Notes under the pieces: generated by a model
Told to the model about the DNA's origin: nothing
The model's database searches: none
The model's input: the letters and a program-made list of their open reading frames with translations, nothing else
Shown: one piece after another, positions 15,601 through 22,566 of the stretch
How the letters are laid out: each line of letters starts with the position of its first letter
How positions within the stretch are numbered: position 1 is the first letter of the stretch
DNA from: Antedon mediterranea
Lineage: Eukaryota > Animalia > Echinodermata
Direction of reading: 5' to 3'
DNA: 64,000 bases
Assembly (NCBI RefSeq): GCF_964355755.1
Contig: NC_092672.1
Coordinates: 19,109,237 to 19,173,236, forward strand
Made by a program: the position numbers and the translations under genes

Positions 15601-18600
15601 GGATTCCATGCTTTCACAGGTAACGATTATAACTCCGCTTTCTTTCGGAAAGGAAAACGTACCTGCTGGAAGCTTCTGGAATCAAAAGCAAAATTTGTTG
15701 ACGCATTCTGCAACCTTGGAGTGTCAGATGTTCCATCAAAAGAGTTGTATGAGGAATTTGAAGAGTATGTTTCACTATTGTATGGAGTGAAGGGGAAAAG
15801 TGTAAATCAAGCAAGATATGATACCTTCAACAGAAAGTTTTCCAGACACAACAAGATTACAGATATATCATTACTGCCACTATGTCAGCAGACCCTTGAG
15901 TTTCATATACTTAGAGCAAACTTCATTACTAAAGAATGGCAATCAGCAGACATCAATGATTTTGTCAACAACAGTACACACAATGGATGGAACGAACAAA
16001 TGGAGCCTAAATGGATTGAGACAGTGATTCCCACTGATGTCCAGGAACTGTTTACACATAATGAATATGAAGACTTTTCAGATTGCAGTGATGTGAGCGA
16101 TCTTGAAGATTAATACACGACATACAGTCTGAAACACTAAAGGGAAGCATGTATGTAGTAAAAGAGAATTAAATTCTTGGCCTTGTTATGGCTTATTTAT
16201 CTCATATATTCGGATTACACATAAAAAACTGGTCCAGAAAATAATATGAGAATGTCAACCTCCAATTGGCACAAAATGAATTAATTGACAAGATTAACGT
16301 GATCAGATGGGAGAAATGTCTTGCATTTTGGGTCAAAGGTCAGTAACGTTATTTCCGGTCATTTTTACAGATAATGTTCTATTAGTTTGAATATAAACAT
16401 CTATTTTCTGGAGAGTTTGACACCAATTACAACTTTCTGTGTCGAGTAGTTACGAAGATATGATATCTGTTAGATATTGGGTCAAAGGTCAATAGAGGTA
16501 TTTCCGGCCATTTTCTGACAAAATGTTCTATTACATCAAATAGGAACATGTACATTCCAAACAATTTGACACCAAAATCAACTCTCTATGACCAGTGGTT
16601 GCCAAGATATCATAGTCTACTGTAACTGGCAGCCATTTTGAAAAAAGCGCCCTCACGCGAAAGTTCTCAGGTTACAGCCCGTTTACCCAATATATTTGGA
16701 TTCCCCAGAAAAAACTGGTCTAGAAAAGTCATATGAGAATTTCTACCTCTCCGGGTGGCACCTACCTCATTCATAGCCTAGTCTAAAAAGAAACAAGTTA
16801 CATATTATTAAATAAATATATTATTTACTACTTGACTTACATACTCAGTAACTTCAAAGACTTTTACTGCAGGAGCCTCACATAAAGCAAGTCCCATTAT
16901 TAAAATAGAAGCAAGCATATCAATAATATAAAACCAAATGTTATGAACAATTAAGTACGCAGGCAGTGCATCTTGGGTTTGAGGATGAGTATCAAATCTT
17001 TCGTTATTTTCTCCTTCCTGTAAATAAATTGCTGCCTCTTGATAGTTTAGTTGCCATCGGTTTTTCATAGCTTTAATTCTGTTGTTTACGCTTGGTTCAT
17101 CTTCTTCATCTTCCAAAATACCTATAATCAATAATATGAATAAAAATTAAATTAAATCAAATCTAATTTTAAACGGTTTGCGTGTTACTGGTTGTATTTG
17201 CCTTAAGCATGATCGCAAAGAATTTAAATATATCAAATAATAAAAATAAAAATGTATTTACTCCAACTGCAGCAAAGATAGAAACATAATCTATAACAAT
17301 GAAATGTAATTAGTAAAATTATGTATATAAAAAAACTTTCTTAAATTATTAAAAGAAATTAATATCTAGAAAAAAGTTTTTTGTTAGATAACACAAATTT
17401 CATCAGGACTATTATTCCAACATTTGGGTTGACTGAAGCGAATGTTAAACACTAAGGCATTGGTACTGTACATGGTATAGGAATATGCAATAGTTAAATT
17501 GAATGAATGGAGTCATTAAAAAGAAAAGAATGCTTAAAAATGATGTCATGAACAAGCATTAATTGTTGAAAAATATTAATAGCTTATCATAAACCCTAGA
17601 CCCTATACTATAGCTGTATTTGATTCCAATCGCACAAGCAAATCCTAATTTAAAGTGCGCAAATTGTTAAAATCGCATACAACACATGCCATACAAATTT
17701 TCCAAATATTCTATTGGTCGGTGTCATAGAATGACATTCTGGCAACAGACTGGTCAGTTATGGCTGGTCAGTTAAGACTGGTCAGTTATGACTGTTCCTA
17801 AGTTATACCTGAGTGGAGTGAAATATTGACACTGTAGTAAATGGAAAGTGAACTAGATCTCACTTTTCAGCTTCATAACTAATTGAGAAAATTTTTTTCT
17901 TTGATACATTATGAACAATGATATCCTTCATTTTTATATTATAAAAGAAATTTAAACTCAATCATGTTAAATTTGAGCAAGTTTCAATCCAGTCAGAGAG
18001 AGTAACGAGTAAGTATGTCATATTCAACCATCAGAATAGGTTAAAGAATCTTCTCTTCTCTAATTAACGTGAAAGGATTAGTCTAGCCAAGCCAAGAGCA
18101 TGGATTGGACTACAGACAGGCTGCCAGGTGTCATGCTAAATTAGGTTCTATTGTCAAATTAGGTACCAAAATTAATTTGGTGTCTAATGTGGCACATTAG
18201 GTAAGTTCCATTATCCTTTTTTAAAATTCAGTTTATATAATATAAAGTAAACATATTGAAGATAGTATTAAACTACAATGTATTATATTGTATTTCCGGT
18301 CGTTTTTGGCCAAACTTTTTTATTATCATAAATATAAATATTGGTATTCTGAACAATTTGAGACTAAAACCAAGTTTCTATGACAACTGGTTTTTGAGAT
18401 AATGAAAATATTTAAAGTTGAGGTCATAGGTCAAAAGTCCTACTTCCGGTCATTTTTCACAAAAAACTTTCATTAGTGTGAATATAAAAATGCATATCGC
18501 GAGTACTTTGACACAAAAATTATATTTCGATGTCTGTTAGTTATCGAGAACTGCTAATGCCCTCAAATATGGACAAAATTGTGTAAAAATGTAAATGAAA

Positions 18601-20913
18601 TTATGTCAAAGGTCAAAAATATCATTTCCGATCATTTTCGGACAAACTTTTGCATTACCATGAATATAAATATTGGTATTCTGCATAATTTGAGACTAAA
18701 ATAAAGTCTCTATGACAACCGGTTTTTGAGATATGGACACCATTTAAAAACAAGGTCATAGGTCAAAAATCATACTTCTCGTAATTGTATACAAAAAACT
18801 TTCATTACAGCATATACAAACATACATATACTGAGTACTTTGGTACCAAAATTATATTTCTACGACCTCTGGTTCCTGAGAAATGCGAAAAAATGTTAAT
18901 TTGTTAAAACCAACATGGCCGACTAAATGGGTCAAAAACAACCCCATGGGACACGATTTGAAAATGTTAACAACCTGATCTGGTTACTAGACATACTTGA
19001 GATTATAAAAAATCACATTAAAAAAATATACCTCAGGGGTGCATGGGAACCCCCATTTCCTACTCTACTATTATATTTAGGTCTAATATTCCCGACCGCA
19101 AAGTAATTAGTGTATATAGCTTCCTTAGAATTTCGTCCACCACATCCAAATTGTGTTTTCGTGAATGAACATAATATGTGATGACACGACTTCATTGCAA
19201 AATTATTTTTCATAGTTGCGAATTTACATTCTAATGTTTCCGACTTCACATAGTTAGTGTATTAGTATAAAATTTCGTCCACCCCATTCAAACTTTTTTT
19301 CACATCATGACAAACTAGATGACTTCATTGCAAAATTAGGTTCCATCCCATTATTGCGAATTTAAATTATAATGTTTACAACTTTGAAGTAATAAAATGT
19401 TATGTTTAATTAAAAGCTTACTTAGAATTTATGTTCTGTTCCCAACCTCAAAATAACTATTATTATGAATTTAGCATGCCTATTCCATCCAAACTTAATT
19501 TTTCCCACATCATAATATGATATGATTCATATGAACAAACAAGATGACATTGCAAAATTAGGTTCCATAATGCAATTGTTTATGTTCTATATAGGCCTAA
19601 AGTAATGTTATGGTATTTGGCACTATAGCGATTATTCTCCTTTCCAGCTGCTTATACAGGGGTCTTGCATGCATGTCAATTTTTTTAAGTTCCTTCATTT
19701 TTTTACAATAAAACCGCATTTTTATCATATGTTTCAGTTTTAATGATTTAATTTCATACAATGAGTAAAGATTATTAGGTTAGAATACTCAGCTTTTAAT
19801 CATTTTTAGTTTATTATATATTTTTATTTGAAAATAAATAACGCAGTGGCTGCATCTACTTCTACTGTACCCACAGTAGTTGTAGATCTAAGCTAGATTC
19901 TATATCTACGCCTATTGATCTGATCGGGACAAAGGCCCTCTTTCTCGGGCCTCTGTCCCTTGTAACCTAAAAAAAACCCATCACTTTAGGAAAATGGTGA
20001 GAAAAGACAATGGTCAATAAAGAAAATCTAAAAGACAATGGTCAATAAAGAAGATCTAAAACTATAAGTTTCGAACCCTAGCCTAACGTTACTACAGTAG
20101 AGTACTACACATTCAGCCATCCATCCAACTTTCTCTTAATTTTATAATAAATCATAATATAACTGTATACGATAAAAAAAAATGAAATGCAAAATAGCAG
20201 GGAATTCCCTGAAAATAGGGGCTCCCGAGCATTCTGACGATCTACAGTATATTATTATTAATTTAAAAATTGAGCATATTTTCACCATTTTGTTAACTTA
20301 CACGTGCGTTGACAATAACTTTTGACATGCTCATATACGCAATTTTGATTTGAAAAATAATTAAAATATGATGAAATTATTAAAGAAAGATTGTAAAACA
20401 GAAATCGTAAAAAAAGAGTGCTCATTAACGTTTTTTTCAGATTTTTCTGCGCGCTCAATTTTTTAACACTTAAAATTGCCTGAAACGTACTAACTTCATT
20501 GAAAATCAATTCTGCAAAGCACGTTGACACTAAGCACTAGGAATGAAATGTGGCATATTATTTTATATAACACAAAAGACGATTGGGACCAACTGGTAAG
20601 ATGATCGGGCACAACGTGGTGCTAAAAATACTGGACGATCGGGACCAACTGGTAAGAAATCGTCACATAAGACGATCGGGACCGCAAAATGTGAGTCCGA
20701 TTGTCCGTGGTCCCGATCGTCTGTTGCTCGGCCTAGAGGCTAGTTAGGCCTAGGCCTAGCTAGTAGTAGGCTAGTAGGCCTAGGCAGGCTAGGCCTAGCT
20801 AGGCTAGTAGGGCCAGGCCTACGTTCGTTTTGTCACAAATACCTACCAAACACACCATTACTTCTTTCAAGTAATGGACTTTCTATTTCGCGTTCTTCTT
20901 CAGCCCTTGTCAT
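541..20913 (-). CDS. TPCN1: Two-pore channel 1 (TPC1), endolysosomal cation channel; first 7 coding exons, 3' part lies beyond the left edge of the window
   Basis: Exons 20913-20847, 17121-16841, 12330-12217, 10194-9975, 8437-8344, 6674-6575 and 657-541 have GT-AG boundaries and splice in frame (phases 1,0,0,1,2,0). The product has TPC1 signatures [23 protein letters not shown]4 [11 protein letters not shown], pore/filter [19 protein letters not shown] and S6 [16 protein letters not shown]. Confidence 0.96.
1761..2433. mobile_element. PIF/Harbinger-type MITE
   Basis: ~40-bp TIRs GGGTATGTTCAGACTCAC(A/G)GAGTTACGGTGGAGTTAT; TTA on both flanks. Confidence 0.85.
2479..2590. repeat. Degenerate 21-bp tandem repeat (~5 copies)
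   Basis: Recurring AAAATGTGAGTTGCAAGT-like units. Confidence 0.6.
3677..4237. mobile_element. MITE/foldback-like element with ~170-bp imperfect inverted arms
   Basis: TGGGCGGCCATTAGGGCCAAAATA...TATTTTGGCCCTAATGGCACCCA, with internal TTGCCGTA subrepeats and TA flanks. Confidence 0.75.
4561..4862 (+). repeat. Dispersed repeat, related copy at ~36833-37262
   Basis: Shared AATATAATAGCACTAAGCCA...TTCCTCTATCTCCTCT...CATGTGATCAGCGCAG...TTACTATTCCTAAG. Confidence 0.7.
5576..5864. mobile_element. Degenerate Tc1/mariner(pogo)-like MITE with an internal ~53-bp direct duplication
   Basis: CGGTACAACCC...AGGGTTCTACTG termini; TCCACTGTGTATGGTTGGTTGTTTCACAGGAAAGTGTCCCCTGAATAGAGGT occurs twice. Confidence 0.5.
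6259..6474. mobile_element. PIF/Harbinger-type MITE
   Basis: TIR GGCCAATTTACACAGACGAGC(A/G)GTAACGGTAAG; TAA on both flanks. Confidence 0.85.
6575..6674 (-). CDS. TPCN1: TPCN1 coding exon 6 ([33 protein letters not shown]), not in the ORF track
   Basis: TTGCAG acceptor, CTG|GTAAGA donor, 100 nt. Confidence 0.94.
6888..8108. mobile_element. Foldback-type element with ~280-350-bp modular inverted arms
   Basis: GGGTTGGTGAA...TTCACCAACCC ends; arms built of TCCAAAATACG subrepeats; direct repeat TATTTATG at 6880-6887 and 8109-8116. Confidence 0.82.
8344..8437 (-). CDS. TPCN1: TPCN1 coding exon 5 (pore helix; [32 protein letters not shown])
   Basis: GTATAG acceptor, AA|GTAAGT donor; phases fit the neighbouring exons. 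Confidence 0.94.
9975..10194 (-). CDS. TPCN1: TPCN1 coding exon 4 (S3-S5)
   Basis: CTTCAG acceptor, G|GTGAGT donor; encodes [19 protein letters not shown]...QSLPP. Confidence 0.95.
10412..11269. mobile_element. PIF/Harbinger-type non-autonomous element
   Basis: TIR GGGCCTGTTTCTAT...ATAGAAACAGGCCC, TTA flanks, AAACCGGTT subterminal motifs. Confidence 0.8.
12217..12330 (-). CDS. TPCN1: TPCN1 coding exon 3 (S2; [38 protein letters not shown]), not in the ORF track
   Basis: TTTTAG acceptor, AAG|GTACAG donor, 114 nt; resembles recalled vertebrate TPC1 VHATLELF...KLRWLG...HKRTMVK. Confidence 0.93.
12467..12549. repeat. 40-bp tandem duplication
   Basis: ATTGAATACACAGTCAGCCATGCTGATAACCTTATTG occurs twice. 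Confidence 0.85.
13442..14448 (-). pseudogene. Inverted second copy of the Academ transposase C-terminal region (5'-truncated)
   Basis: ORFs 14199..14393 and 13442..14215 (257 aa) are near-identical to the plus-strand copy. Confidence 0.85.
14479..16113 (+). pseudogene. Disrupted C-terminal part of Academ transposase (XPG/PIN-like nuclease region)
   Basis: Reads ...[40 protein letters not shown]...SIKSVER, then frameshifts near 15000 and 15362 and a 167-bp insertion, then ORF 15556..16113. Confidence 0.85.
15173..15339 (-). mobile_element. Short 5'-truncated retroposon (LINE/SINE 3' end) inserted in the right arm of the Academ palindrome
   Basis: Absent from the left arm. GTATT is duplicated (15168-15172, 15335-15339). 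The minus strand ends ...GGACCACAATGTAAAACAG...TTATCCTGTATAAATA followed by a (TATT/TTA)n tail. Confidence 0.7.
16841..17121 (-). CDS. TPCN1: TPCN1 coding exon 2 (N-terminus and S1)
   Basis: ATTATAG acceptor, TAT|GTAAGT donor; lies within ORF 16808..17131; encodes [15 protein letters not shown]...CEAPAV. Confidence 0.95.
18290..19070. mobile_element. Older Academ-like terminal/non-autonomous remnant in TPCN1 intron 1
   Basis: Repeated GGTCA(A/T)AGGTCA...TTCCGGTCATTTT modules (332-bp dimeric period) like the 149-bp subterminal repeats of the 12770-16785 element; ends in ...CTACTCTACTA. Left end not found. Confidence 0.55.
20730..20821. repeat. TAGGCCTA/CTAG-rich low-complexity cluster (counterpart at 21558-21624)
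   Basis: GGCCTAGAGGCTAGTTAGGCCTAGGCCTAGCTAG... directly visible. Confidence 0.8.
20847..20913 (-). CDS. TPCN1: TPCN1 probable coding exon 1 ([22 protein letters not shown])
   Basis: AAAATG start; G|GTAGGT donor gives phase 1, matching the next exon; acidic dileucine-like motif EIESPLL as in TPC N-termini. Confidence 0.8.
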
Positions 20914-21678
20914 TTTAATATAAATTATATAGCGGCCTAAAAACTAGAGGCATATAATGATCGCCCAGCCTACTACTCTACTACTCTGTCAGGCAGCTTG
21001 TGTGTGTCTGTTTTTAAAATTTACAATCACGTAATCAACAAAAGTTCAATGACAGATCTTAACCTTTGGCCTCTGAGTGAGGCATCTTTGCTAGCTAGAT
21101 TTTACTTCCTTAGCAACCACTGATCACCAAGAGATGCCTTTTCACAATTGTATAACTAGGAGGCCTAGACATTTAAACCTATTAAATCATTATTATATTA
21201 TCGTTTTTTAATTAAATATAGGTCTATCATTTTAAAAGTATGTGTATGTGTGCATTAGGTCATGTTTGTAAACATTTCTCACTTTAAAAGTGACTTTTAT
21301 TTAAAGAAAATACAAAGTAGTTCTCGCGTAAGAAAGTTGTTAGGCCTACCTTCTTTTTTGTTGTAAACAAATCGGCCTCTAACAAAAACTCGGAGAGGTC
21401 TGCCGGTTTGGTTTGTGAACTGTATTTCATTATTTACCCGTTCTTTGAACACAAAAGGTAAGTAGTTAGGCCCTACTAGATTAAAAGTTAGTCTAGATAG
21501 ATGTTTGCACATTTATACTCTGTTTAGTTTAACCAAATTAATCTATCAGTATCAGTCTGGCCTCGGCCTCTAGCCTAGCTAGGCCTCTAGTAGGCGCGCC
21601 TAGCCTAGCTAGGCTAGAGCTAGGAGGTATGATGTTTTATTTTAACCTTATTAATATTATCATCAGGGAAGAAGCAAG
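20914..21678. promoter_or_regulatory. Bidirectional promoter/5'UTR region between TPCN1 and IQCD
   Basis: Divergent start codons. X-box-like CTTCCTTAGCAAC (21105-21117), forkhead GTAAACA (~21268, ~21363), and a probable IQCD 5'UTR intron from AAG|GTAAGT 21458 to CATCAG 21666. Confidence 0.7.
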
Positions 21679-22566
21679 ATGTCGTTTGCAGATATGGCAG
21701 TGATGGAGACGTTCAAACTATTAAATCAAGTCCGGTCTCAGGGACCACGTACAGCAGAGAGTGTTGAGCTACCACATGTCAAACCAGCTTCTAGACCTAG
21801 GCCTAGGCAACCTCTAAAGGAAAAACACCATAAAGTTGATCCATTGCGTGTTCTTGATCCAGCCAAAAAGAAACTTACAACAGTTGAGTCTCAACGTGTT
21901 TTGGCATCACTTGATGAAAGTATCAAGAGAGTTGAAATTGTCACTTTGCTACCTTTTATTCAGAAAAATATTGACAGATTTAGTGTTGTTCTTGGTTCTG
22001 AATTGGTGAATGCAATTAGAGAACATGCACAGATACAAGATTCTTATTTGGAGAAATCTTCACTTCTAAAAACAATTGACAGTACTTCGTCCCTACAAAG
22101 TGGGCGATCTACACCATTTTCACAGAGAAGCATAACGTCATCTCAACAAAGCATGCATTCCAAATTAGAAAATAATGAAAGTTCTTCTGACCATATCACG
22201 ATGAGTGAAGCGGGCTATGAAGTAACAGGACAAGCAGACCATGAGCTTGTGTATACTGTAAAACTTCTCGAGAAACATTTACACTTCTCATGTAAGAACA
22301 TCTTACGACTGTTCAGTATGAATCCTGCTGCAGTGAAAAGCATACGTTCTGAAGGACAGTTTAGAGATGAAATGTCGGATACAATGATCACTCATTTGGT
22401 AGAACTAAAAGGGTTCATTCTCGAGAAACTGCTCACAACTCCTCTTGAAGATAAAGAGAAAAAAGAATATGTCACAGAAATAACCGTTAGAGAAAGGAAG
22501 AATGCAGAAGTGATCAAGAAGTTAGAAGAACATCTAAACAAAGCAGTTGATGAAAAAGATTCTGAG
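21679..22566 (+). CDS. IQCD: IQCD coding exon 1
   Basis: ORF 21679..22602 up to the GAG|GTTGGT donor; 888 nt. Confidence 0.92.

Larger units (their letters stand above)
12770..16785. mobile_element. Palindromic (double-3'-end) derivative of an Academ DNA transposon in TPCN1 intron 2
   Basis: Termini TAGACTAGGCTATGAATGAGG...CCTCATTCATAGCCTAGTCTA with AAA on both flanks. 12770-14448 is the reverse complement of 14940-16785 apart from one insertion. Both arms encode XPG/PIN-like motifs ([34 protein letters not shown]). TAG..CTA ends and 3-4 bp TSDs are typical of Academ. Confidence 0.88.

Noticed and set aside
13442-16113. Host FEN1/XPG/asteroid-like nuclease gene pair
   Set aside because: Truncated, frameshifted and enclosed by TAG..CTA transposon ends inside a TPCN1 intron.
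12770-16785. Assembly artefact from fold-back chimeric reads
   Set aside because: The arms differ by many substitutions and a TSD-flanked insertion, and TPCN1 exons continue collinearly on both sides.
20068-20122. tRNA gene (TTCGAACC motif)
   Set aside because: No foldable cloverleaf; at most a decayed SINE head.
19920-20728. Transposon with GACGATCGGGACC subrepeats
   Set aside because: Right-hand motif cluster is visible, but no matching TIR pair or TSD could be defined.
20843-20846. Alternative TPCN1 exon 1 donor AG|GTATTT
   Set aside because: It gives phase 2, incompatible with the phase-1 acceptor at 17121.
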